In this document: in pieces, positions 49,961-59,421 of the stretch
Layout of the letters: the number at the start of each line of letters is the position of its first letter
Position numbering within the stretch: position 1 is the first letter of the stretch
NCBI GenBank assembly: GCA_963798845.1
Contig: CAWCUS010000006.1
Span: 384,001 to 448,000, forward strand
Reading direction: 5' to 3'
DNA length: 64,000 nt
From: an uncultured Gemmatimonadales bacterium
GTDB taxonomy: Bacteria; Gemmatimonadota; Gemmatimonadetes; Longimicrobiales; RSA9
Notes under the pieces: generated by a model
Databases searched by the model: none
What the model was told of the DNA's origin: nothing
Seen by the model: only the letters and a program-made list of their open reading frames with translations
Translations under genes and position numbers: made by a program

Positions 49961-51613
49961 TCAGCGCGGCCTGAGCAAATCCACCTCGCGCTTGATGCGC
50001 TGGTCCAGGGTCGACAGCGAGCGGGTCACCTCGTCCGCCACCAGCCCCTTCACGCCGGTGGTGGCCGCCTCCACCCTCGCTGCCACGGTGGCGTCGAGGT
50101 CCGACCGGACGCCGGCCAGCTCCGTCTCCACGATGCCGCTCACGTCGTTGCGCAGGCGGGTGCTCGCGAGGGAGACCTCGGTGGCCACATTCTGCCGGAT
50201 GGTGGCGTTGAGCCGCGTCTCCAGGTCCCTGGCCATCGCGTCGAGGTCGCCCTTCAGCTGTGTCCGCAGGTCGGACCGGAGCCCCGACAGCTGTTCATCG
50301 ATCCGCTGGCCGATGCTCGCGTCCAGCGAGCCGAGCCGCTGCGTCAGATCCGCCCGGAGCTGCGCATCGGAGGCCGCGAAGTCGCGACGCACGGCGGCCA
50401 GGGCGGTGGCGTTGTCCTTCACCCCGGCGGCGTTTGCCGCCATGGAGCCCTCGGCCGCGGCGACCCGCTCCTCGGTCCTGCCCACGCGGTCGGAGAGCGC
50501 GGCCGTGGCCGTGCCCACCCGTTCCGCCACCATCCCGTCCACGTCCGACCTGATCGTGTCCTGCAGCCCGCTCAGCTTCGAGTCCACCTGCGACGACAGC
50601 CCCTCGAGGCTCGAAGCGCGCTCCGCGGCCAGCGACGACCGCAGCTCGCCCAATGCGCTGTCCAGCGCCGAAGCCCGCTCGCTCCGGGCTGCCGTTAGGA
50701 TGTCGTCCTTGAGATCCGCGGTGGCCGGCTCGATCCGGCTGTCGATGAGCGCGTCCAGGCCGGCGATCTTCTCGTCCACCCGGGCGGTCAGATCCTGGCG
50801 CAGCGAGGCCAGGCTGTCGTCGAGAGTGGTGCGGGCGAGGGCCCGGACTTCCTCCAGGACGGCGTCGTGCAGGTCCGTGGTCACGCCGGTCCGCACCGAG
50901 CTCAGCGCATCGTTCAGCTCGGCTTCCGTCACGAGGCTGGTCCGGAGCTCCTCCATGCGGCGCTCGTACTCGGCGGCGTTCAGCAGCTCGCCGTTCGGCG
51001 TGGTCAGCGACTCCCGCACCGATTCCAGGTCCTTGATCCGGCTCGCCAGCACGCCGAAATCGATGGGCGCGCCGGAATCGTCCTGGACCCGGCGGCTCAG
51101 CTCGACTGCCGTTTTCACCTGGTCCTCGACCGTGCGGAGCGTGGTTCGGAGGCTGGCGACGTCGTCGCGGGCGTCGAACGCGCCGTCGAGCCGCCGCGAG
51201 AAGCGGGTCAGGTCCGCCTCCCTGGTGATGTCGCGGGTCTCCACGGACTTGATGTCGCCCTGGAGCCCGTCGAGCCGCTGGGTCAGCGCTTCCAGCCGGT
51301 CGGCGACCCGGCCGATCTCCCGCCCCTGCCGCCCCAGCTCGCCTTCCGCGGCCGGATCGCTGAGCCCGCCCTCGGTCACCAGCGCCCGCAGCCTGGGCGT
51401 CAGCCAGCCCACGTCCACCTGGTCCGCGTGCTCGTGGACCGGCAACGCCTTCGACGTGTCCTCGCCCAGCGTGATCCGCGCAAGCTCGAGGAGCGCCGCC
51501 GTGAGCTGGTTCCAGTCGCCCGCTTCGATGAGCTCGCCTTTCCGCTTCTCCGACAGCGGCTTGAGGCGCGCCACCAGGTTCTCGAGCCGGGCCAGGTCCG
51601 CTACCGTTGGCAT
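49961..51613 (-). CDS. long coiled-coil protein, fibre-like
   Basis: N-terminal GELIEAGDWNQL motif followed by ~450 aa of helical repeats; GGAGGAG RBS. Confidence 0.75.
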   Translation of the reverse strand: MPTVADLARLENLVARLKPLSEKRKGELIEAGDWNQLTAALLELARITLGEDTSKALPVHEHADQVDVGWLTPRLRALVTEGGLSDPAAEGELGRQGREIGRVADRLEALTQRLDGLQGDIKSVETRDITREADLTRFSRRLDGAFDARDDVASLRTTLRTVEDQVKTAVELSRRVQDDSGAPIDFGVLASRIKDLESVRESLTTPNGELLNAAEYERRMEELRTSLVTEAELNDALSSVRTGVTTDLHDAVLEEVRALARTTLDDSLASLRQDLTARVDEKIAGLDALIDSRIEPATADLKDDILTAARSERASALDSALGELRSSLAAERASSLEGLSSQVDSKLSGLQDTIRSDVDGMVAERVGTATAALSDRVGRTEERVAAAEGSMAANAAGVKDNATALAAVRRDFAASDAQLRADLTQRLGSLDASIGQRIDEQLSGLRSDLRTQLKGDLDAMARDLETRLNATIRQNVATEVSLASTRLRNDVSGIVETELAGVRSDLDATVAARVEAATTGVKGLVADEVTRSLSTLDQRIKREVDLLRPR

Positions 51614-51637
51614 GTCGCGTCGCTCCTCCCCGCCGGG

Positions 51638-52594
51638 TCAGCCACCGAAGAAGTTGAATTTCGAGCCGCCGAGCATGGCGCCCGTCCGCTGGTACGTCCC
51701 CAGCTCCTCCTCCGCCGAAGTCTGGCCGCCCGCCTGCGAGAACTGGGTGGCGGTGCCCAGAACTGCCTTCACGGCCGGCCCGGCGAGGAAGGTGTCTGCG
51801 TTGTCGCCCTGAGCGACCGCCAGGTCGTTCACCTCGCGGAGCAGGACGTTGCCGGTCGCGGCCAGCTTGGACGAGAAGACGTTGGTGGGTTGCTGGATCG
51901 ACTGCTCCAGGTCGGTGACCCTGCGCAGCACCCGGTCCCGTACCGCGGTGGCCGCGCCCGCCTGGTCCAGAACGTCGGTGATGTTCTTGCGCAGGTTCTG
52001 GCTCTCGACGTCCCGCCGCAGCTCGAGCAGGCTCTTGCCGAACGCTTCGGAGAAGCGCCGTATGTTGCCCTGTACCTCCGCGATCTTCTCGGCGATCTCC
52101 GGATGGTCGTGCCCCACGGGCGAGACCAGCCTCGTCAGCTGCAGGACCGCTCCAGCGAGGTCCGCCACCGCGCCCGCCAGCTGGTTCCAGTCCGACGCGC
52201 GGATCACCTCGCCCTGCGCTTTCGTGGCCAGGGGAGCCGCCGCGTCCCGGGCACTGGCGGCCGTCTGTTGGACGGGGCCCAGGTCCGCATCGGGGATGTC
52301 CCGGATGGGGGTGTCGCGGAACAGGTCCGGGCGCACGGTCACGGGAACGCGCGTGGGGAACGGCTGGGGAAAGAGCCGGATCAGGCGCTTGTCGATGGGC
52401 TGGACCAGGTTGGGGTGCGCCACCGTCATCTCGTATGGCCCCGGCTCCAGGTCCCGGAGCAGGAGCTGCCCGTCCAGGAACGGCTTCCGCGTCAGGGTGG
52501 CGCCCGTAGCCTGGTTGACGAGGGTGATCTCCGCATCGCGGTTGGCGGCGGGGAACCCCTGCAGGCGGATGTCGAAGGCAGCCTTCTGCACCAT
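51638..52594 (-). CDS. Ig/carboxypeptidase-regulatory-like domain + coiled coil, fibre-like
   Basis: DGQLLLRDLEPGPYEMTV beta-sandwich pattern; GEVIRASDWNQL motif. Confidence 0.75.
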   Translation of the reverse strand: MVQKAAFDIRLQGFPAANRDAEITLVNQATGATLTRKPFLDGQLLLRDLEPGPYEMTVAHPNLVQPIDKRLIRLFPQPFPTRVPVTVRPDLFRDTPIRDIPDADLGPVQQTAASARDAAAPLATKAQGEVIRASDWNQLAGAVADLAGAVLQLTRLVSPVGHDHPEIAEKIAEVQGNIRRFSEAFGKSLLELRRDVESQNLRKNITDVLDQAGAATAVRDRVLRRVTDLEQSIQQPTNVFSSKLAATGNVLLREVNDLAVAQGDNADTFLAGPAVKAVLGTATQFSQAGGQTSAEEELGTYQRTGAMLGGSKFNFFGG

Positions 52595-52607
52595 GGTCAG
52601 ATCCTCC

Positions 52608-53120
52608 TCAGGAAGCCCAGTTGAGGTCGCCGAACGGGAAGTCGACCTCCCAGAACAGCGTCAGCTCGTGGTCGTCTCCCTTGTCGATGGGAGCGAAGAT
52701 GACCCGGTTGTAGAGGCGATCGACCGGGCCCCCGTCCCCTTCCGTCCGCTGGACCAGGCCGGCCTCGCGGACCCTGCCCACCGCCGCGTCCGCCGGCAGC
52801 GTGGCCCGCAGGCGAACGGTGACCAGGCGCCGCGTCTCGTCCACGTCGAATCGGATCGAGCCCGGCGCCACCGGCGTGGTGGTGGCGCCAGTGAGCGCCG
52901 GGCTCTCGCCCACTGCCTCGTTGCGCAGCGCTTCCACACCCACATCCTCCGGCGCGGCGTCGCTCGTTCCCACGCCCATGTGCGTGATGGGTTCGCCCTG
53001 CCCGGCGAACAGCTCGGCGATGATCGTCGCCCCACCCCGCATCACGGTGTTCTTCGCCCGTCGCACCGCCACCAGCTGGCCGGCAGGTCCTCTCAGCTCG
53101 GCACGCAAACGCCCGCGCAT
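52608..53120 (-). CDS. tail-collar / fibre-attachment-like protein
   Basis: KNTV..GG...ITHMGVGT, VREAGL and LYNRVIF.PIDK...LTLFWEV, a pattern seen in phage fibre-proximal domains. Confidence 0.6.
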   Translation of the reverse strand: MRGRLRAELRGPAGQLVAVRRAKNTVMRGGATIIAELFAGQGEPITHMGVGTSDAAPEDVGVEALRNEAVGESPALTGATTTPVAPGSIRFDVDETRRLVTVRLRATLPADAAVGRVREAGLVQRTEGDGGPVDRLYNRVIFAPIDKGDDHELTLFWEVDFPFGDLNWAS

Positions 53121-53131
53121 GCGATCGCCTC

Positions 53132-54418
53132 CTATCCGAATGTCGATCCGCCCAGGTCCGTGACTCCGAACCGGCCGTCAGCGTCGGGCAGCCGGTCCCC
53201 TCCGGTCGGGCCCCGCTCCCGGACGGTCATGGGTATCACCGCCGCCAACCGGTCCAGCCCCGGCTGCGTCTCCCGCCGCGGCCGCAGGTCGACTTCCGAG
53301 TCGATACCCGCCGCGGTCAGCCCCTCCAGCGCCGACTCCAGCGCCGTCGCCAGCTCCTCCCTCGCCTCCAGCGCCGCGTCCAGCCCGTCCGGCCGGCTGA
53401 CCATCAGCCCTGCCGGCAGGCTCAGCCGAACCGTGGCCGGCCTCGCCTCACGCCACGCCACCTGGAGGGTGGACGCGGCCGACTGAGCGAAGAGCGCGTG
53501 ATCGAACCGCGAGACGTTCCAGACGCCCTGCTCCAGCGCCAGGTCCGCGAGCGCCAGCAGCACGCGGTCGAGGCCGGGCACGTCGTAGTGGGCCAGCGGC
53601 ATGTACCAGAGCTCGTTCGGCCCCCGGTCCAGCATCAGCGGCAGGGGCGGGCCCTCGTCGGCGATGATGGTCTCGGCGTGCCCCGGCACGAAGCCGGCGA
53701 TGAGCCGCAGCCGATCGGTCACGTCCTCGCCTTCGAGCCGGCCCCGGACGACGAAGCCGGTTTCGGCGGCCACAGCCTCGATCCACAGCCGCTTGCCCCG
53801 CGGCACCGTGCCCAGGAACACCACCGCCCGGCCGGTGGCCAGGTTGGCGATGAGCGGCGCGTAGTCGGGACCCGCCTCGCCCAGCCCGGTGATCACCAGG
53901 TCGAGCGGCGTGGGATCGAGGCCGCGGTTGTCCAGGGTGAATCGGTCGAGCGGCAGGAGCGCGCCGCTGGGCGCCGCCTCGTAGCGGAGCCGGACCGGGT
54001 TCTCCACCAGCGCCACCTGCGCGTCATCGGCGTCCGTCGCCAGCGTTCGGGCGGGCGGGGTGATGCGGACGTCGTACGCCCGCTGGAACCCTTCCAGGTA
54101 GCGGTTGACGAAGATCTCGATGGCCTCCCGGGTCACCGAGCCGGCCCGGAGCTGGGCATCCCGCAGCCCGTGGACCCAGGCGCGGTAGTCGCTCAGCCGC
54201 TCCTGCCAGGGCTCCAGCGGGATGTCGAGCACGGCCGCCAGCTTCGCAGCGTCCTCCAGCGCGTAGGCCAGGTCGAAGTGGTGGGTCCGCCGCACCAGGT
54301 TGGCGCCCTCGTCCAGCGCCTGGACCTGTACCGCCAGCACGTCCACCAGGCGACGCAGCTCCGCGCCCTCCCGGTAGAGGTACGGCAGCCGCTGGATGAT
54401 GGCGTCCGCGCGCGTCAC
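53132..54418 (-). CDS. baseplate wedge (tail protein I / Afp12-like)
   Basis: IIQRLPYLYR and LAAVLDI...E..SDYRAW..; directly follows baseplate J. Confidence 0.7.
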   Translation of the reverse strand: MTRADAIIQRLPYLYREGAELRRLVDVLAVQVQALDEGANLVRRTHHFDLAYALEDAAKLAAVLDIPLEPWQERLSDYRAWVHGLRDAQLRAGSVTREAIEIFVNRYLEGFQRAYDVRITPPARTLATDADDAQVALVENPVRLRYEAAPSGALLPLDRFTLDNRGLDPTPLDLVITGLGEAGPDYAPLIANLATGRAVVFLGTVPRGKRLWIEAVAAETGFVVRGRLEGEDVTDRLRLIAGFVPGHAETIIADEGPPLPLMLDRGPNELWYMPLAHYDVPGLDRVLLALADLALEQGVWNVSRFDHALFAQSAASTLQVAWREARPATVRLSLPAGLMVSRPDGLDAALEAREELATALESALEGLTAAGIDSEVDLRPRRETQPGLDRLAAVIPMTVRERGPTGGDRLPDADGRFGVTDLGGSTFG

Positions 54419-56127
54419 GTCGCCCCCTCGCGGATGTCCAGCGCCAGCGTCCGGAGCCGCAGCGTCTGCCCGGGATCGGGGGCGAAGACGCCGAGGCCGT
54501 CCGTAAGCTGCGCGAACCGACCGCCGGCCTCCACACTGGCCACCGCCTCTTCCCGCACGAGCCCGTACCGGCTCTCGTCCCGGATGTTCGCGGCAAGGCC
54601 GTCCACATCCAGCGGAGCCGTCGGCGAGCGGGTGGCCAGGTGTGCTTCCACGGCCAGCCGAATCGCCGACTCGGCGTCCGCCCGCGTCACCCCGGGCTCC
54701 AGCATCAGGGGAAGCGTCAGGTCCACATCCGCCGAGCCGGCCGTCGCGGCCGCCGGGAGGGTGATGGTGAACGGCCGCACCAGCTCCGCCGCCACGCCGT
54801 CGCCGAGCTGGAGCTTGTCCACTGGCGCGCCGCCTTCCGCCGCCAGCGTCACCTGCGCATCAGCGACGCGGGCGTCCGCCAGCGCGGCGGCCACCAGCGG
54901 GGCGTTTCGGATCAGACCGCCGGGCGCCACGGCCTCGACCACCGACGCGATCCGGTCCTCGATCCCGCCCGTGATCTCCGCGCGCTCCGCCGCGTCTGCC
55001 GCGTCGTCGGTCAGCTCCGCGGCCACCGTGACGGCCACGCGGAGCCGTGCCGCGTCGCCGAGCAGGACCCGGATCCCCGCCGGCCGCAGCAGGTCCACAC
55101 GGTTCCGCACCGCTGTCCGTGTGTCCTCGCTGTCACGCTCGTAGATCACGTCCACCCGGACTTCCCCCGCCACACCGTTCGGGAACTCCGACACCGCCAC
55201 GTCCTTCACACCGTCCACGCCCCGCAGCCCGTACTGGAGCGCCTCCAGCGTGCCGCGTGCCGTGGCCCGGAGCGCGGACCGGGCCCGCCGGCGGAGCGCC
55301 TCGTCCGTCTCGGCCTGCGCCGCGGCGACCGCGGCCTCGTTCCTCACAGCGCCGATCCCGGCGATCAGGACCTCCAGTCGGTCCAGGGCTCCGGCGCTCA
55401 CGGTGTCCGTCCTGGCGTCGGCCGCCGCGGCAAGGACGTCCCGGGCCTGCTCTCCCGGCTCCAGCGTCAGTGGAACGGTGGTGGCATAGCGGTTCTCGCC
55501 CGGCGCATCTGTGACCACCACGCCGGCCGGCACGGTGATCCGGCCCATGGAGCCGGGCGTGCGGGTGAAGCGGACGCGGGCGGTGGCGATGCCGGCAGGG
55601 AAGCGCTTGACGCCCACGAGCGCCACGACCCTGTCCAGGTCCTTCCCCTCGGCCGTCTCGATGAACGCGGAGCGGTAGACCTGGTCCAGGAGCTGCTCCT
55701 CATAGGCCAGCTCGGCGGAGACCGACTCGAGGAGGGTCCGGATCACCGAGCCGACGTTGAGGTCGCTCAGCGGCTCGGGCGGGATGTCGAACGGATAATA
55801 GTTGACGATGAGCTCGGAGCCGGGGACCGGGTGCCGGCCCTGGGGCCGGAACAAGACCCTGTCCGGCTCTTCGCTCCCGTCCGATGCCACGAGCTCGTAG
55901 TCGGCGGGAGTGAAGCGGTAGTCGAGCTCGCCGGTCTCCGGGTCGTCGCTGATCCGGACCCGTCCCTGCATGTGGGAGATCCGCCGGATGGGGCGGTGGG
56001 CCAGCCGGGTCAGCTCGATCGGGCCGTCGCCCGCCGGCACCACCACACGCTCGCGGATCGTTCCGCCTGTCAGCGTGGTCAGGACGTCCCGAACGATGTC
56101 CGCGAATGGCCGCGGCTCGAAGCTCAT
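54415..56127 (-). CDS. baseplate J / gp47 (Afp11-like)
   Basis: GSVIRTLLE, IETAEGKDLDRVV, ETDEALRRRA, RGT..AL and RPAGI motifs. Confidence 0.92.
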   Translation of the reverse strand: MSFEPRPFADIVRDVLTTLTGGTIRERVVVPAGDGPIELTRLAHRPIRRISHMQGRVRISDDPETGELDYRFTPADYELVASDGSEEPDRVLFRPQGRHPVPGSELIVNYYPFDIPPEPLSDLNVGSVIRTLLESVSAELAYEEQLLDQVYRSAFIETAEGKDLDRVVALVGVKRFPAGIATARVRFTRTPGSMGRITVPAGVVVTDAPGENRYATTVPLTLEPGEQARDVLAAAADARTDTVSAGALDRLEVLIAGIGAVRNEAAVAAAQAETDEALRRRARSALRATARGTLEALQYGLRGVDGVKDVAVSEFPNGVAGEVRVDVIYERDSEDTRTAVRNRVDLLRPAGIRVLLGDAARLRVAVTVAAELTDDAADAAERAEITGGIEDRIASVVEAVAPGGLIRNAPLVAAALADARVADAQVTLAAEGGAPVDKLQLGDGVAAELVRPFTITLPAAATAGSADVDLTLPLMLEPGVTRADAESAIRLAVEAHLATRSPTAPLDVDGLAANIRDESRYGLVREEAVASVEAGGRFAQLTDGLGVFAPDPGQTLRLRTLALDIREGAT

Positions 56128-56579
56128 AGCGCCACTCCCAGATCGAGCTGGAGGTCGCCGGACCCGTCGCGGGGCCGGACGGTGAGGGTGAAGCGCAGCT
56201 CCGAAGGACCCTCGCTCGCGGGATCGAACGTGAACGCCACGGCCTTGTTCTCGACCCGTGGCTCGCGGGCGACGGCGTCCAGCACGAACCCCTTCGCCAG
56301 CGCCCGCACCGCGTCCGTCTTCCGGCGCCCGATGAGCTCGCCCAGGCGGCTCCCGTACTCGGCGTGGCCGAGCGCGGCGAGCGATCCGCGGGGAGCGAGG
56401 ATGCGGAGGATGAGCGCCTGGGCGAGGTTCGCACGGTCGGCGACCACCTTCAGGTCCAGCGTGCCGCCTGGGCGAGGCGCCTCCACGCGCTGAAGGTCGA
56501 GGCCGCCCTCGTCCCGGGCGGACAGGCCGGGGGGGCCCAGCACCACTCGCAGGTCGGTGCCCAGCAGCGACCGGGTCAT
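56124..56579 (-). CDS. baseplate gp25 / GPW (Afp9-like)
   Basis: NLAQALILR...GSL..LGH.EYGSRL and EPRV motifs. Confidence 0.88.
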   Translation of the reverse strand: MTRSLLGTDLRVVLGPPGLSARDEGGLDLQRVEAPRPGGTLDLKVVADRANLAQALILRILAPRGSLAALGHAEYGSRLGELIGRRKTDAVRALAKGFVLDAVAREPRVENKAVAFTFDPASEGPSELRFTLTVRPRDGSGDLQLDLGVAL

Positions 56580-56643
56580 GGCGATCTCCTCACGGGCACC
56601 TCGTCGAGGCGGCTCTTCGCTGCGATCTCCGGCATTGCGCTCC

Positions 56644-57045
56644 TCACCCGGTCAGGACTGTCGGCGCACCCGTGACCAGCGTGCCCACGGGGAGCGGCGC
56701 GGGGAAGTTGCAGGTGCGGACGGTGTCGCTCTGTCTCGCCAGCCCCTTCCCCGCCGCGGTCACGGTGACGCTCGCCATGAAAACGGTGCCCTGATCGTCC
56801 GGAGGGGTCTGGAACGACACGCCCGGCGGCGTGGGGATGTGCGGCGGGTTGTTGAAGGCGACCGAGTCCAGCGTCGCCGCCGGCTGGCCGGCCACCCGCA
56901 CCGTGGCAGCCGTGGCGCTCTGGACCGCGCCCACGAACGCGTGCGGGAGCGGAACGGGCATCGGGCCGCCCGGCGTGGGGACCAGCACCATGTGCGTGTC
57001 CGTGGCCACCACCTGGCTGTTCTGCTGTGCGGTCGGTAGCCCCAT
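56644..57045 (-). CDS. PAAR-domain spike tip
   Basis: DTH, PH.F.G, TVRVAGQPAAT, PPH and GKGLAR..D...TC motifs. Confidence 0.9.
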   Translation of the reverse strand: MGLPTAQQNSQVVATDTHMVLVPTPGGPMPVPLPHAFVGAVQSATAATVRVAGQPAATLDSVAFNNPPHIPTPPGVSFQTPPDDQGTVFMASVTVTAAGKGLARQSDTVRTCNFPAPLPVGTLVTGAPTVLTG

Positions 57046-57698
57046 CAGTTCAGCTCCACCGTCGCCCCGTTGATCTTCACGCCCGCCGACCCCTCGATCT
57101 CCACCTGCGCCGCTTTGAGCGTCAGCTTCGACGACGCCTCCACGGCGATGTCGCCGTTCGCCCCGATGGTGAGCGTGTTCCCACCGACATCCACCTTCAG
57201 CTCCGCGGCCCCGCCCGCGTCGAGCGTGAGGCTGGCGTCGCCGACCTTCACCCGGGCGCTGCTGGCGGTCACCTTGATCTCGGTGTCCGATCCGAAGCTC
57301 ACCGTCAGCTCGGGGACCCCCGGATCGAGGACCATGTGGACCGAGCCGGTCCCGGGCGGCAGCTCCAGCACCACCTGCCCTTCCTCGTGGCTCGGCGGCG
57401 GCACATCCGTGTCATGGAGCCGGCCCACCACCACCGGGGCGTGGACGTCACCTTCCGCGAACGCCACCACGACCAGGTCGCCTACCAATGGGGAAGCCAC
57501 CACGCCGATCGCACCCACGGCCACCGGAACCCGCGGCAGGACCTGCTCCCAGTCCCGGAGCTGCACGGTGACCGCGTGGTCCGCACCGCCCGCCGCGCTC
57601 CGGTGCACCTCCTTCACCACACCCAGCGCCACCGTGGCCCTCGCCGCGGCTTCGTGGCGTGCGATCCGCGCGACTGCGTCGAACAGCTGATTGCTCAC
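57045..57698 (-). CDS. spike (gpV/gp5 OB-fold + beta-helix)
   Basis: P.VGDLVVVAF.EGD..APVVVGRL; C-terminal beta repeats ending INGATVELN. Confidence 0.9.
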   Translation of the reverse strand: MSNQLFDAVARIARHEAAARATVALGVVKEVHRSAAGGADHAVTVQLRDWEQVLPRVPVAVGAIGVVASPLVGDLVVVAFAEGDVHAPVVVGRLHDTDVPPPSHEEGQVVLELPPGTGSVHMVLDPGVPELTVSFGSDTEIKVTASSARVKVGDASLTLDAGGAAELKVDVGGNTLTIGANGDIAVEASSKLTLKAAQVEIEGSAGVKINGATVELN

Positions 57699-58753
57699 GA
57701 CAGCCCTCCCGGCGCCCCACCGATGGCGCCGCCCACGGCCGCGCCCAGGGCTCCGCCGATCGCGCCGGCCAGGCCGCCCGCGCCGCCGCCGCCGTCCACG
57801 CCCTCCAGGCGCGTGTAGCCGCCCGCGCGATCGAGCTGGTGCGACACGGCGGTGAGCAGCCACGGCCCGCCTGCGAAGCCCCGGGGAAGGTCCTGGATCT
57901 CGATCAGCATCCCGGGCCGGAGCTGCGGCTGGAGCCAGCAGACGGCCAACAGCCGGCGGACGCGGGCGCTGCGCCGGGCCTGGAGCTCGCGGCCCGCCGC
58001 CTGTCGGGACGCGGGCGTCCGCAGCGCCGGGATGGGCCGCCAGACCATATCGACCGCCGCCGAGCGCGCATCGCCCGACAGGGCACCGGCCGCCGGCTGG
58101 AGCGCGCGCGGGTCTCCGGCCGTTGCGGCCGCGCCGGCCCCGACCACTGCGACATCCGGGTCCGGCCGCTCCACGCTGACCCTGAGGTCCACCAGCTCGC
58201 GGCCGTAGCGGAGCGCGGCGTCGGCCGTGCCGGCAGGCCGCAGGAACGCGTTCACGCGTCCGTCCCCGTCGACCACCGCCAGTCCGCCCCCGATCTCCGC
58301 CAGCGCCGCCACGTGCTCGGCGGCCGTGCGCTGCTGGGTCGCCGCGTAGTAAGGGAGCGGCTCCGGGCTGAGCGTGACCCGCCCGACGGTGGCGGCGACA
58401 TCCCCGGCGAGGGCGCGGATGGCGTCGCCCGGAGGTTGCGACTGGAGCGTGCTCGCCGGCCGCCCCCGGGCCATGAGGGCCGCGCCGTCCACGGCGGTGA
58501 TCCCGGTCCCCGTGAACGCGCGGCTGATCGACTGCACGGTCCCGGTCAGCACCGTCGCCTCCGTCTCGCCGTTCCCCAGCGTCACGACCGCCGGGTCACC
58601 CGGGGAGGCATCGACGCGGACCGCGGCGGGGAGGAGGCAGCGGATGGCGTTGGTCCCTGGAAGCAGCACGAGGTCGGCGGACACGGCGACGGCGTGGGAG
58701 TCGTAGCGCAGGTTGCCGAACCGGACCACTGCCGATTGCCGGAGCACGGTCAC
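57695..58753 (-). CDS. baseplate hub (gp27/gpD-like)
   Basis: VLTGTVQSI and PQLRPGMLIEI......G.W.LTAVSHQLD..GG..TRL motifs. Confidence 0.8.
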   Translation of the reverse strand: MTVLRQSAVVRFGNLRYDSHAVAVSADLVLLPGTNAIRCLLPAAVRVDASPGDPAVVTLGNGETEATVLTGTVQSISRAFTGTGITAVDGAALMARGRPASTLQSQPPGDAIRALAGDVAATVGRVTLSPEPLPYYAATQQRTAAEHVAALAEIGGGLAVVDGDGRVNAFLRPAGTADAALRYGRELVDLRVSVERPDPDVAVVGAGAAATAGDPRALQPAAGALSGDARSAAVDMVWRPIPALRTPASRQAAGRELQARRSARVRRLLAVCWLQPQLRPGMLIEIQDLPRGFAGGPWLLTAVSHQLDRAGGYTRLEGVDGGGGAGGLAGAIGGALGAAVGGAIGGAPGGLS

Positions 58754-59421
58754 GAGAACAGCCCTCCCAACGTCCGGACGGCATCGCCGAACTTCCCGCC
58801 CGCGTCGGTGATGGCGTTCACGCTGTCCTCCAGCGGCTGGAGCATCCCGCCGACATTGCCGAGATCTCCCAGTCCGGAGAGCGCGTCCAGCGCGCCCACC
58901 ACGTCCAGCGCGTCGCCCACCGCGCCGGCGACGTCTCCCGCCAGGTCGGCAAGGTCGCCCATGATATCGGTGTCGAAGCCCAGGTCGCCGAGCCCGAAGT
59001 CGTCCAGGCCGCCGAAGCCGCTCACCTCGGCCGGCGGCGGGAGCGGCGGGCTTTCGGTCAGCGTGATCGCGTAGGCGGTCTCGCGCGGCCGCCCCGCAAC
59101 CGCCTCCGCGCGGAAGCCGCTGATCACCACCTCCTGGAGCTCGAGCGCGGTGACGATGTCCGCGGCGAAGGTCAGCGGCGTGCCCTCGGCCGCAGCCTGC
59201 TGGAGCGTCGCCAGGTCATCGGCTACGCTGTCACCGTGGAGCAGCCCGGTGATCCGGATCAGGTGCGAGCCCCGCCCCACCTGCTGCTGCGCCTCGCCCG
59301 CCAGCCCCACGACCGGAACGCCGCGGAAGCCCGTCTCCAGGTCGTGCGCCAACGACTGGACGGCCGTGAGCGCGATGTCGCCCAGGAGCGGGATCGACGG
59401 GGCACCCGCAGGCTCGGTCAC
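58750..59421 (-). CDS. tube initiator-like (gpU/Afp7-like) protein
   Basis: V.GL.G...QQVGR....IRITG...L......G.PL.F...YAITLTE pattern; positioned before the hub gene. Confidence 0.65.
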   Translation of the reverse strand: MTEPAGAPSIPLLGDIALTAVQSLAHDLETGFRGVPVVGLAGEAQQQVGRGSHLIRITGLLHGDSVADDLATLQQAAAEGTPLTFAADIVTALELQEVVISGFRAEAVAGRPRETAYAITLTESPPLPPPAEVSGFGGLDDFGLGDLGFDTDIMGDLADLAGDVAGAVGDALDVVGALDALSGLGDLGNVGGMLQPLEDSVNAITDAGGKFGDAVRTLGGLFS

